NCBI GenBank assembly: GCA_034439575.1
Contig: JAWXAQ010000002.1
Coordinates: forward strand, 1-64,000
DNA from: Leptospira sp.
GTDB taxonomy: Bacteria > Spirochaetota > Leptospiria > Leptospirales > Leptospiraceae
DNA length: 64,000 nt
Direction: 5' to 3'
Below the pieces are notes generated by a model. It was not told where the DNA came from, did not search any database, and saw only the letters and a program-made list of their open reading frames with translations. Shown here one piece after another: positions 1 to 9,919 of the stretch. Position numbers and translations under genes: made by a program. Position 1 is the stretch's first letter, and each line of letters starts with the position of its first letter.

Positions 1-1
1 T

Positions 2-469
2 AAGTTTTAAAATCGACTCTTCCATATTTGCCACAAAATGATGTTGTGAAATATTTCTAGAAAAACTAAAACCTCCCCCCATAGCATGTGGTCTAGTCAC
101 GATCAGTGCTAGATCTTTTTCTTCAGATAATACGATGCTACTATAACTCATCACAGGTACGGGGCGCACAAGTTCAGAAAAGGCTTTCATACGCTTCGCA
201 TAACCAATGCTTCCTGCTCTTTTCAAAATTGATTGGTTTGTAATTTCCCCAAGCATCCCAAAAATATTTGTACCATCCCAATTTCCTGGAATCAGAAATG
301 CTTTTTTAGTTAATCCTGATAAAGTAAACTTTGGTAAAAAAGAACCGTAATAACGAAGTCTTCCCAGATCTCCCGTAAAAAAAAGGGCATCGTAGTCACT
401 TTGATTGAAGTATTCGGTATCTTTTTGATTCCAAAATCCGTGAATGTCGCCTATTAATGCGAACTTCAT
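2..469 (-). CDS. Metallophosphoesterase (calcineurin-like), runs off the left edge; missing from the ORF track
   Basis: Manual translation from ATG at 469: MKFALIGDIHGFWNQKD...FFTGDLG...LIPGNWDG, giving DxH, GDL and GNxD motifs. Starts 1 nt after the GH31 stop. Confidence 0.85.
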   Translation of the reverse strand, partial: MKFALIGDIHGFWNQKDTEYFNQSDYDALFFTGDLGRLRYYGSFLPKFTLSGLTKKAFLIPGNWDGTNIFGMLGEITNQSILKRAGSIGYAKRMKAFSELVRPVPVMSYSSIVLSEEKDLALIVTRPHAMGGGFSFSRNISQHHFVANMEESILKL

Positions 470-470
470 A

Positions 471-2726
471 TTAATCTTTGATTTCCGAAAATAGTTTTCG
501 TAGGATTTTTTCTTTTTCACCACCTATTCGTATGAAGGCGGTCGGTTTTCCAAGAGGAGTGTCAATTTCATATGTATTGTTGCCATTATATATTTTGCCT
601 GACCAGATGTGTTCCCATTGCCCTTTCGGTAAATAAACTTCGACTTCATTTGCTCCCGATTTTGTAATTGGTGCAACTAACAAGTCATTGCCGACAAAAA
701 ACTGATATTTTTTATCAGCAAGAATTTGATCCAAAGGTTCCACCAAAAAATTGTGCCGAACCACAGGTAAGCCGTTTTTGGATGCCTCTAATATTAGCTC
801 TTTGAAGTAATCTTTTAATGCATAATGAATCTTTCCGATCTTTGCAAAAGTTTTAACTGTTTCAGAGTCTGATTGTGAGCTAATACCCTCTTTGTTTGTA
901 TATTGATAGACTTGCCAATTTTTTAAAGGTCTATTGCCTTCATGTGTGCGAAATACGGGAGTAAAAGCGGAAAGTTCTGCCCATCTCAATAATAATTCTT
1001 TAGGACGATGGTAATTTCGTAAAGGATTTGAAATTGTCGTATAACCGCCGATATCACTATGATTCAAAGCATAACCGCTGATACCCGATGATGTGAGGCC
1101 TAAGATTGTGGATGGTAATCCGTCATTAGTTCCCCAACTCACCATTTGATCTCCTTCCCAAAATAATGTGGAATACGCATTGGAATAAGAATATCCTGCG
1201 CGAGTAAAAAATACGATTTCACCTTCTTTACCCGCTTCTTTGATCGCTTCCCGATTCACCTTCGCCCAATCGACTGGATATTGGTTGTGATACACTTTCG
1301 CATCAATGCCAGAATGCATCTTAGCATCATATGGTAACCATTCTCCGAAATCTGCCATCCAACCTGATAAGCCAACATCGATCATATTTTTTTTGATAAT
1401 ATCTTTTGTCCATTTAACAGCCGCTGGATTCGTTAAATCTATTAGATATGCAGGAAACCCCACAGTCTGTATTAAATAATCTTCGCCTTTTTGATTCTTA
1501 ATTAAAAATCCTTTTGCTTTTGCTTCCACGAGAAGTGAATTTGTAAAATCATCGCCCGGTTTTTTTGGATCAGTATCAGCAAGGAATGAATTGATATAAC
1601 CTAACACCTGTACATTTTTTTGATTCATCCCTTTTACAAAATTTTTAAAATCGGGATATAATTTTTCATCAGCATACCATCGCCATTTTAATTGGTCTCC
1701 AAAATTTGTGACTCTTCGGCCACACCAGTCCTGGATCCAAAGTGCTGTGACAGGATTTCCAGCGGCCTTGGCTTGGTCTACGATCGCTGTCACTTTGTCC
1801 GTGCCACCTTGAACACCTAACCAAGTACCATATGACCAATCTGGAAGGGGAACAAAGCGTCCCGTTTTTTTTGTATATTTTTCAACCAATTCTTTTGGAT
1901 TTTCACCGATCCAAATACTTGCCTTCAATCCTCCTTGTAAATTTGTATCCCAAAATTCTACGAGGACTTGATCGGATGTCGATAAATCAAATTTTGAATA
2001 ACCACTGTTATCAAAGAAAACAGATCTATTTTCGGATGTTATATAATGTGGAATTGGTGCATAGGTAGTATATTCATTACCGCCAGCTCCAGCTATTAAA
2101 TTGGCACCGGTTGTAATCGGTTGGTCCCCGCGACCTATACCTTGTTCTTCGGTAAACAAAAATGGTTTTTTGCCTTTAAATTCTTGGTTTGAAAATTGTT
2201 CTCCAAATCCATAAAATTTTTCAGTAGGAGAACTTTGGTATCGTAACCAAACACGGTTTAACGCTTTGTCTGAGAATGTTATTTTTAATTCAATTTCCTT
2301 ATCAGCAATGGGTTGAATAAGGAATGAATAATCAGAATTGCAGTGATTACCAGAAACCGTACCAGAAATAATATAACTATTGCCTACGACTTTTGCTTCG
2401 TTGACAGATTGCACTGAACAAGTTCTCAAAACATCTTCTTTAAAAGAGAAGGATGCCATGCGGTATTTAACCGTAGGTGCGCCTTCCCCAGCGGATAAAA
2501 AATTAGTATCTAGAGGTAGGGAAAGATAGATTTGGCCTGATTTTATATCTGAAATATTTAAAACTTTGTCTGATGATTCAAAGCTTAAAGAACCTAGTGT
2601 TTGTTTGGTTGGCTTTGTGTTTAAAAACTTGATTTGCCCCGAGGAACAACTCGTTATAATGAACGATATTAGAATGAGGGAAAGGTGATTAAATGAGAAT
2701 GTATTCAAAAAGAAACGAATCAGCAT
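471..2726 (-). CDS. GH31 alpha-glycosidase, YihQ/sulfoquinovosidase-like, predicted lipoprotein
   Basis: WIQDW, GWMADFGE (nucleophile), WEGDQ (acid/base), HSDIGGY, FRTHEGNRP; N-terminal hydrophobic stretch followed by IITSC lipobox. Confidence 0.9.
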   Translation of the reverse strand: MLIRFFLNTFSFNHLSLILISFIITSCSSGQIKFLNTKPTKQTLGSLSFESSDKVLNISDIKSGQIYLSLPLDTNFLSAGEGAPTVKYRMASFSFKEDVLRTCSVQSVNEAKVVGNSYIISGTVSGNHCNSDYSFLIQPIADKEIELKITFSDKALNRVWLRYQSSPTEKFYGFGEQFSNQEFKGKKPFLFTEEQGIGRGDQPITTGANLIAGAGGNEYTTYAPIPHYITSENRSVFFDNSGYSKFDLSTSDQVLVEFWDTNLQGGLKASIWIGENPKELVEKYTKKTGRFVPLPDWSYGTWLGVQGGTDKVTAIVDQAKAAGNPVTALWIQDWCGRRVTNFGDQLKWRWYADEKLYPDFKNFVKGMNQKNVQVLGYINSFLADTDPKKPGDDFTNSLLVEAKAKGFLIKNQKGEDYLIQTVGFPAYLIDLTNPAAVKWTKDIIKKNMIDVGLSGWMADFGEWLPYDAKMHSGIDAKVYHNQYPVDWAKVNREAIKEAGKEGEIVFFTRAGYSYSNAYSTLFWEGDQMVSWGTNDGLPSTILGLTSSGISGYALNHSDIGGYTTISNPLRNYHRPKELLLRWAELSAFTPVFRTHEGNRPLKNWQVYQYTNKEGISSQSDSETVKTFAKIGKIHYALKDYFKELILEASKNGLPVVRHNFLVEPLDQILADKKYQFFVGNDLLVAPITKSGANEVEVYLPKGQWEHIWSGKIYNGNNTYEIDTPLGKPTAFIRIGGEKEKILRKLFSEIKD

Positions 2727-2787
2727 GGTCTTCCTCCGAAGAAGTCCTCTGATTCGCTCTTTTTAATCGAAATTAGTAAATCTTTTT

Positions 2788-3636
2788 TTAGACTTTCTTT
2801 CTATCTAAACCACCCACGCGAGGAGGTGCGACTACGACTGCTTTTTGTCCAAACATAGAAACAGCTTGTTTTGGTAAGCTAGACTTGCGCCATTCAAACC
2901 AAGAACCTTGGTATGTGTTCACATCTATATAACCAGTTTCACGAAGCATCAGTGCAAGTAGGCAAGAGCGAGCTCCATTGTAATCATAGATAACAGTAGG
3001 TCTCTCTGGCATAAATGGAAAACCATTCAGCCTTTTTTTGAATACAGATCGATCAATGAGATTAGCTTCCGCATCGTAAAGATTTCGCCAGTCCCAAAGG
3101 AAAGCACCTGGCAATCGTCCACACAATGTTCCTTCCTCTGGAGCTGTTAAACGAGGAAGTCTACCTTCATACTCTTCTATCGTGCGAGCATCGAATATCT
3201 GTAACTTTGTGAGATTTTTTTCCATAAAGGCTTTATCTACAACGTTTTCGATCGGTTTTGATTTTTCTGCCGGCTCAAATTCCATCTTATGTTTGCCAGG
3301 TCTTTTTGTGCCTTCAATTGGCCATTTACGTCCAAGGACAAAACTTTCTGTCATGCCCATAGCACGAAGGAGATAGACCATACGTGTAGAAAACATTCCC
3401 ATCCCTTCGTCAAAAACGATCACTCGGTTCTTTTTCGATTTTTGAATTTCGGTAAGTACGGCCTGCATAGGTCCGCAAAGTTTTTTATGAGATTCGGGAT
3501 CAGATCCAAAAGCTTTCTTTATAAATGGAAAGTAGTATGCACCTTCCAAAGTTTCCTGCTCGTAAGCGGTTTGTGATCTACAATCAATTAAGAAATCACC
3601 CGCATCAACCTCGGTTTTTAGAAAGCTCCAGTTCAA
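2788..3636 (-). CDS. Tandem-rhodanese (SseA-like sulfurtransferase family) protein
   Basis: [30 protein letters not shown] start. Confidence 0.85.
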   Translation of the reverse strand: MNWSFLKTEVDAGDFLIDCRSQTAYEQETLEGAYYFPFIKKAFGSDPESHKKLCGPMQAVLTEIQKSKKNRVIVFDEGMGMFSTRMVYLLRAMGMTESFVLGRKWPIEGTKRPGKHKMEFEPAEKSKPIENVVDKAFMEKNLTKLQIFDARTIEEYEGRLPRLTAPEEGTLCGRLPGAFLWDWRNLYDAEANLIDRSVFKKRLNGFPFMPERPTVIYDYNGARSCLLALMLRETGYIDVNTYQGSWFEWRKSSLPKQAVSMFGQKAVVVAPPRVGGLDRKKV

Positions 3637-3805
3637 AAGTATCTCCTCATCGGTACAATACTTTCGAACCCTCTCTTTTTTGAAAGCCTGAAAACCAAAA
3701 AAAACAAATGAGTTTTATATCGAGACATAATATACCTTTATTTCAATACTTAGATTTCAATTCTAGGGGGAGAAGAAACCGATATTATAGAGGACGAGTC
3801 CCTAA

Positions 3806-4672
3806 ATGGCACAACAATATCTAAAATATTTATCCTTAATGTTCGTGTATCTTAGTGGCCTTGGGCTTTTCGCAGAGCCAATTCGTAACAAAACGAAAGC
3901 CAGCTTGCAAGAATTATACGAAGCACTTGAGATATCAGGTGAATTGAAAAATACCTCGCTTAGAAAATCATTGCTTCAAAAAAAGAACATTTTTCCTCTA
4001 ACGGATGTTTCAGGATGTTCCCTAGTAAAGACAGGAAACTTTGATACTATAGATTATTATGGGATTAATTGCAATGGCAGAACACGGGAAGGTTTAATTT
4101 CCTATCCAAGCCAAAGAACGAGTCAAAAAGTCTCTATTGGCAATTTTCTTTTACATGGGGAAGAAAAAATCGGGAAGAAAAAATTCTTCAAAATAACGGT
4201 CGCTAACTCAAAAAAAATACAATCCAATGAACAGAAGTATTATAATGATACAGAGTTTGAATTGAATGTTAATAAACCGACTCTCAAACAAAATTCTAAA
4301 CCTGTTATAGAAAAAGTAACAAACGCAAATTTATCCTATTTTAAAAGTATAGTCGTAGATCCAAATCGAAGAAAGGAAGCCCCGAGCAATCTGGAGATAT
4401 TTTTTGATCATACCTGCCCTTTAAAATTTTTTGAAATAGATCAAAGTTTTTATTGGGACAATACCATATCTTTTGTTTTTGAAATCAGTTGTGCTAAAAA
4501 TACTCCTTATGTTTTTGTGCGCGTTCCCGGTAATAAACAAAACAAACTCGTAGTTTCAAATAAAATTACAAATACCCCAAATAAAGGGGATTCTTTTTTA
4601 GCAAAATTGACTTTGCGTAAAATCACAAACGAACAAGCATTCTGGGAAGATTTCAAAATATATTATGAATAA
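3806..4672 (+). CDS. Exported hypothetical protein
   Basis: 288 aa with a signal peptide (GLGLFA-E); GAGG RBS; stop overlaps the next gene. Confidence 0.75.
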   Translation: MAQQYLKYLSLMFVYLSGLGLFAEPIRNKTKASLQELYEALEISGELKNTSLRKSLLQKKNIFPLTDVSGCSLVKTGNFDTIDYYGINCNGRTREGLISYPSQRTSQKVSIGNFLLHGEEKIGKKKFFKITVANSKKIQSNEQKYYNDTEFELNVNKPTLKQNSKPVIEKVTNANLSYFKSIVVDPNRRKEAPSNLEIFFDHTCPLKFFEIDQSFYWDNTISFVFEISCAKNTPYVFVRVPGNKQNKLVVSNKITNTPNKGDSFLAKLTLRKITNEQAFWEDFKIYYE

Positions 4673-6128
4673 AAAAGACCTTACAAAAATATTTGTCCTA
4701 ATTCTTGTTATTTGGAGTTATTCTGTCTTTGCACAAGAAACAGAAGACTCAGAAGTAAATAATTTATACCAAGCTGTTGTCTTGGTTAGAAATGATAGTT
4801 ATACCTCGGAAAATAAAATCCAACCTTGGATGAAAAAAAATCTTAGTACTGGACTTGGATCGGGAATTGTACTCGGAAAAAATTTAATACTAACAAATGC
4901 TCATGTGGTCAATGATTCAAGCCGGATCAACATTCGAATGAGTGGCAGTCAAAGGGATTACAATGCGCGAGTTTTATTTATAGGTTATGACTGTGATCTG
5001 GCACTATTAGAAGTTCTCGACAAAGATTTTGCAGATGTTAGCAAAACATTAACTTTATCCGATGTTCCACCTATTTTAGGTTCGGATTTACTTGTCTTCG
5101 GTTTTCCCAATGGACAAGAACGACTAACAGTTGAAAAAGGATCAATTATTAGATTCGAAAAAAGTCGTTATAGTTATTCGGGGCTAGATTTTCGCAATGT
5201 GATTAAAATCAATGCCAACATTCAACCTGGAAATTCGGGTGGGCCTGCGATACAAAATGGCAAAGTTGTAGGACTTACATTCCAGATTTCAAAAACAGGA
5301 AAGGATGTAGCTTATCTAATCCCTATCGAAATCATACAACACTTTTTAAAAGATATAAAAGATGGAAAGTACGATGGATTTCCAAACATTGGGTTCACTT
5401 TTCAGAGCGGGGCACCGAACAGTCTGAAACAAGGAATGCAAATACCGACTGAAGTGAGTGGGGTCTTTATCAATCGTATTTATCCAAATTCTACTTTTTC
5501 AAAAGTATTACATGAAAAGGATTTTTTAGTTTCTTTAGATGGAATCCCTCTATCGAACGAAGGTGAAATGATTTCTGGACAAAAAAAGGAATCCATTGTT
5601 GATCATATTGAAAATCGACAATTAGGTGAAACTTTAAAAGTCGAAGTATACCGTGCAGGGAAAAAATATTCCGCTGATACTGTTTTACAGAAAAATTTTG
5701 CCTTAGATTTATATCGTGAAACAAGCGATAACTATATTTTAAATTCAGGCCTTGTTTTCCAGCCTATATCCCGTTCTTTTTTTAATAATGAGGATGGAGA
5801 ACTTGATAGTTCTATAAAGTATCACTATAGTTACTTTATTCAAGACCTATTGTATCGTTATACGACAAGAGATATAGTGCTCAGCTATATATTTGATGAT
5901 CCAGAAGTTCAAAAATATAAAAAATATAAATTTAAAGTTGTAGAAACGATCAATGATCGAGTTCCGAAAGATTTAAACGACTTTAAAAAAATTTGGCAAG
6001 AGAATGAAAAAAATTTCATTGTGATTCGATTTCGTGGACTAGAACTTCCGATAGTGCTTAGTTCAGAGTCCATTCAACAAATTAATGTTAGGGTTAAAAA
6101 AAGATATGGGGCAAACTATGGAGAATAA
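4665..6128 (+). CDS. HtrA/Deg-family trypsin-like serine protease with PDZ domains
   Basis: TNAHVV, DLALL and PGNSGGP catalytic triad motifs; signal peptide; C-terminal PDZ-like region. Confidence 0.92.
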   Translation: MNKKDLTKIFVLILVIWSYSVFAQETEDSEVNNLYQAVVLVRNDSYTSENKIQPWMKKNLSTGLGSGIVLGKNLILTNAHVVNDSSRINIRMSGSQRDYNARVLFIGYDCDLALLEVLDKDFADVSKTLTLSDVPPILGSDLLVFGFPNGQERLTVEKGSIIRFEKSRYSYSGLDFRNVIKINANIQPGNSGGPAIQNGKVVGLTFQISKTGKDVAYLIPIEIIQHFLKDIKDGKYDGFPNIGFTFQSGAPNSLKQGMQIPTEVSGVFINRIYPNSTFSKVLHEKDFLVSLDGIPLSNEGEMISGQKKESIVDHIENRQLGETLKVEVYRAGKKYSADTVLQKNFALDLYRETSDNYILNSGLVFQPISRSFFNNEDGELDSSIKYHYSYFIQDLLYRYTTRDIVLSYIFDDPEVQKYKKYKFKVVETINDRVPKDLNDFKKIWQENEKNFIVIRFRGLELPIVLSSESIQQINVRVKKRYGANYGE

Positions 6129-7484
6129 AATAACTCTATTCATTTTATTGGTTTATATAAGCTCATTTAATATATATTCATATGAAATAGAAAATGCGGA
6201 ATCAGTAGATATTTCAGTAAATTTTCAAAAAATAAGCCACCAAAATCCCTGGATCGTTGGGGAGCCCTTTTCAAAAAAAGGAAAGGCGATTCACTTAGGC
6301 AATGGAAAATTTTTTACCATGTCATTGTCTGCCCAAAAACCTTTGTTTGCTGAAATGGATTCCTACGATTATGCTGTTCCAAAGCTTAAAATCGAAGCAT
6401 ATGATTCAGAAACAGGCTTTACACTTTTGCAAGCAGTGGACACAGATCGTTATCCGAAAGCCGTGCTCTTTGACATAAATTCTGTTCGCAAGAATTGCAA
6501 ATCCGGAAAATCAAAATACATTCAATTACCCTTTTCCAAAACACCAATAAAAGCATTTATATTGGAAAAAAAAGAATCCGATGAATCCAATTTTTCATTC
6601 AATAAATCTGTCGTTTGCGGGATTACATTTCAAGATGTTCTGATTCCTACAGAATACATTCGTACATTCTTAAATACGAATGGATATGATAGACAATTTC
6701 CGCACCCAGGTTGGATGTATGATGTTCAATTGACACCATCAGAAAAGAAATTTTATTCAAGAGACATTGGGCGAGGCATTTTGGTATCTGATACCTTTCC
6801 GGGAATTGGACCTGCATATAGTCTGTACCCTGGTGATGTTGTGTTTGGTATCAATGGGACTTTATTACAAAAGATCAATGATTGGGATCGTTATGATCGT
6901 ATAATGGACCTTATATTGAGAGATGCTTCGGGAAAATTAAAACCGATTGGCTCACAAGTAAAATTGTTTGTATATCGTAATCATCAGAAATTAGAAATTA
7001 CTTATCGTTTGAATGGTTATAAAACGGATGGCTTTTTAATTCCCGAGCAAGCACCAAATCGAATGCCTCTTTATCTAATATTGGGCGGATTCTTTTTTAC
7101 AGAATTGACTGGATCTTATATAAAAGAATTCGGTTCTGAATACCGCTTGAAATCAGAAAAAAATTGGTGTATTTAACTGATTTTTACCAGAAAAAGACAC
7201 ATCCCATTCGTGAAAAAATAGTCATACTCAGTCGTGTTTTTCCTTTGGATGGAAATGTCGGTTACCAGGATTTTCAGGATTTAATACTTCAAACTGTGAA
7301 TGGAGTTCGTATAACTTCACTTGCTCAGTTAAAGGACAAAATTGAATTAGAAGATAAGCCGAGTTATGCCTTTGAATTTTCTGGTGGAAAAATTGCCATC
7401 TTAACAAGACGCGACCTTGTAGATTTACGGACAGAACTCCAAAATATTTATAAAATCGATAGATTTCAAAATTTATCCGATTAA
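6118..7484 (+). pseudogene. PDZ-containing, catalytically degenerate Deg-like protein, split by a 1-nt frameshift at A7 (7157-7163)
   Basis: ORFs 6085-7176 and 7164-7484 join into one protein collinear with the upstream protease if one A is added (KSEK-K-LVYLTDF). Likely start is ATG 6118 (MENKITLFILL). Could be a sequencing error or slippage rather than a true pseudogene. Confidence 0.65.
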
Positions 7485-7538
7485 CATTCTCTGCTTTTAA
7501 AATTGTAATTTACTTTCGCGAATAGTCCAGAGGATATT

Positions 7539-8447
7539 ATGTCAGGACTATTTCCAAATCGGATGAAAATACTATTTGTTGATGATGAAGAAAATATTCG
7601 TGAACTCTTTCAAGAGTATTTTAAATCTGATTATGAACTTGTGTTATCAGATAATGGGCAAGATGCACTTCAGATCGCTCAAACTCAAACCTTCGATCTT
7701 ATAATATCTGATATCAGTTTACCAAAGCTAAACGGTGTACAATTCATTAAAAAACTTCGGTTTGAAGGTAATGTGACACCATTTATCGTAATTACTGGTG
7801 ATAGTGATATACAACTGGCAATCGATGTATTTAGATTAGGTGCAGTTGATTTTTTTTTGAAACCCTTTCGAATGGAAGCCTTGCGACTTCGCATTCAAAA
7901 ATATGAAAATACAGATCCTGATTTATCAGTACTTTACCGTAATCATGAAGTTAGATTCCATGATTGTGAACAGAATATCGAAATTTATCCAAGAATCAAA
8001 AATATAAATAAATATGTTTCAATGATCATTGAACAAATCCAACCAAACCCAAAAGTCAAGGTTGATGATTTGCTTTCAATAAAAGTAGTACTCTATGAAC
8101 TTTTAGCAAATGCGATCGAACATGGTTCTGCGGGAATCAGTTATAAAGATAAACAAAAAATTCTTGAATCAAATGATGATTATTTTGAAGTTGTCGATGG
8201 TCTTTGCAAAAAGCTCGATAAAAGAATTTGGATCCATTACAAAATATCAAATGAAAGTATTTGTCTGAAGATTACTGACCAAGGAACTGGATTCAATTTA
8301 AATGAAATTCCAAGCCCTATTGATGATCCAAATGTAAATTTAGTAAATGGAAGAGGTATTTTTTTAGTGAGAATGAATATTGATTCTCTTACTTATAATG
8401 AGATTGGAAATGAAGTAACAATCGTTAAATTATTGACAAATTCTTAG
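7539..8447 (+). CDS. Response regulator: receiver domain fused to an RsbW-like HATPase (anti-sigma kinase type)
   Basis: ILFVDDE, IISDISLP, FLKPF; ELLANAIEHG, DQGTGF, GRGIFL. Confidence 0.88.
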   Translation: MSGLFPNRMKILFVDDEENIRELFQEYFKSDYELVLSDNGQDALQIAQTQTFDLIISDISLPKLNGVQFIKKLRFEGNVTPFIVITGDSDIQLAIDVFRLGAVDFFLKPFRMEALRLRIQKYENTDPDLSVLYRNHEVRFHDCEQNIEIYPRIKNINKYVSMIIEQIQPNPKVKVDDLLSIKVVLYELLANAIEHGSAGISYKDKQKILESNDDYFEVVDGLCKKLDKRIWIHYKISNESICLKITDQGTGFNLNEIPSPIDDPNVNLVNGRGIFLVRMNIDSLTYNEIGNEVTIVKLLTNS

Positions 8448-9919
8448 AACTGAAATCCGGAAGATAAATAAAATCGAATGTATTCTCTTTCTTTTTGTGT
8501 TTCCACAAATGGTTCCGATACCCAAATTATTTTTTCATTCGAATTGACTCGCGCATAACATCCAGATAGTGAAACGAATCCCATGATTTTGGGATCAAAA
8601 TTCTTTGTGATTTTTAAAATCACTTCTTTACCATTTCCCATTTCGGAACTTGATGAATTTAGAAAAAAGTCAGTCCTTATTTTCCAATGCAGTTCTTTTC
8701 CAAATTGTAATCCGATTATTCGCATTCCTTTATTTTCAAATCCAGGCGGCTTCCTAAATCCATAATCGGTAAAAATATTATCATTTGGTAGAGAAACAGA
8801 TTGATACAATAAAAAGGAGGAGTACCCACCCATTATTCTTGGTTCACCTAAGGGGGCCGCATAACCATTGCTTTCTCGGTCAGTTCTTTCCTTTGCATCT
8901 TTTTTTGCATAAAATCCACTAAAAGCCCAAAAATATTCATTTAAAGTTCCATGAATCGATCCATAAGCTAATATAGAATTTGTTGAGGATTCAGTTTCAT
9001 TCCAAGGATAGGTTTTCATTTTTCTGATTCCCGTGGTTCGAATCAGCGAAAGATCTATATTTGTATCTGTCAAAAATTTTTCAGAACGAAATTCTAATCC
9101 AGAATATAAATAATTTCCAAAGATATTCGCATGATTGGTGTTAAATGATTCATAGGAAACATTTGGTTCAGAATAAATATAATGAAATAATTGAAGATTT
9201 TCCCAAAAAAGAAAAGGTTTTGATCTTAAGGCGCCACCAAAAATTCGTTTTGATTCGTGATTCCAGGCGGATGGAGTGAGAGGTTCATCCATTTGTTTGA
9301 ATCGTAAATGGATTAATGAAAGCGAAAATTGATCTGCGAATACCAATTGGACTTGCCCATAATTTGCCATACCATTAAATAAAAATCCAAATCCGTCTAA
9401 CCGTTGCCAGGCTCTTCCACCTTCAAAGGCTATTTTTGATTTTCCGGAAATAAGTGTATAACCGAACAAACCTTCCGCATCCCAAACGGATGTTTTGTGA
9501 GAATCTATGATTTGTGTTTTATTTGCCGATAACTTTGGACCGAGAAAAATACTGAAACTATGGATTGTTGAACTATAACCCAAAAGAATCGCAGAATTTC
9601 CTGAAATGGTACCGGCATGTTTGTTTGCGAATTGGTGATTCGCTCCACCTTTTTGGGCTAAAAATCCACCGCCTAAATAAATTTCTGAGCCTGAGACAAA
9701 TCCATTTTTTTCAGACTTGTTTATATGTTCAGTTCTTGATTTGGTCTCTACTTTTTTTCGTCCCCAATCATTTTGGGCATAAAAATCATCGAAGGAATAA
9801 TTAGAGTAGGATTCAGCCCAAAGATTAGATGAAAAAATCCAAAGTAGTAGACCAATTGAACCGATCTTTGTAGGGAAAATGAAAATTCTTTTAAGATATA
9901 AATACTTTGGCCTTCTCAT
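8444..9919 (-). CDS. Putative outer-membrane beta-barrel protein
   Basis: Signal peptide ending NLWA-E; amphipathic strands; terminal Phe (YLSSGFQF). Likely start is ATG 9919 rather than 9964. Confidence 0.65.
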   Translation of the reverse strand: MRRPKYLYLKRIFIFPTKIGSIGLLLWIFSSNLWAESYSNYSFDDFYAQNDWGRKKVETKSRTEHINKSEKNGFVSGSEIYLGGGFLAQKGGANHQFANKHAGTISGNSAILLGYSSTIHSFSIFLGPKLSANKTQIIDSHKTSVWDAEGLFGYTLISGKSKIAFEGGRAWQRLDGFGFLFNGMANYGQVQLVFADQFSLSLIHLRFKQMDEPLTPSAWNHESKRIFGGALRSKPFLFWENLQLFHYIYSEPNVSYESFNTNHANIFGNYLYSGLEFRSEKFLTDTNIDLSLIRTTGIRKMKTYPWNETESSTNSILAYGSIHGTLNEYFWAFSGFYAKKDAKERTDRESNGYAAPLGEPRIMGGYSSFLLYQSVSLPNDNIFTDYGFRKPPGFENKGMRIIGLQFGKELHWKIRTDFFLNSSSSEMGNGKEVILKITKNFDPKIMGFVSLSGCYARVNSNEKIIWVSEPFVETQKEREYIRFYLSSGFQF

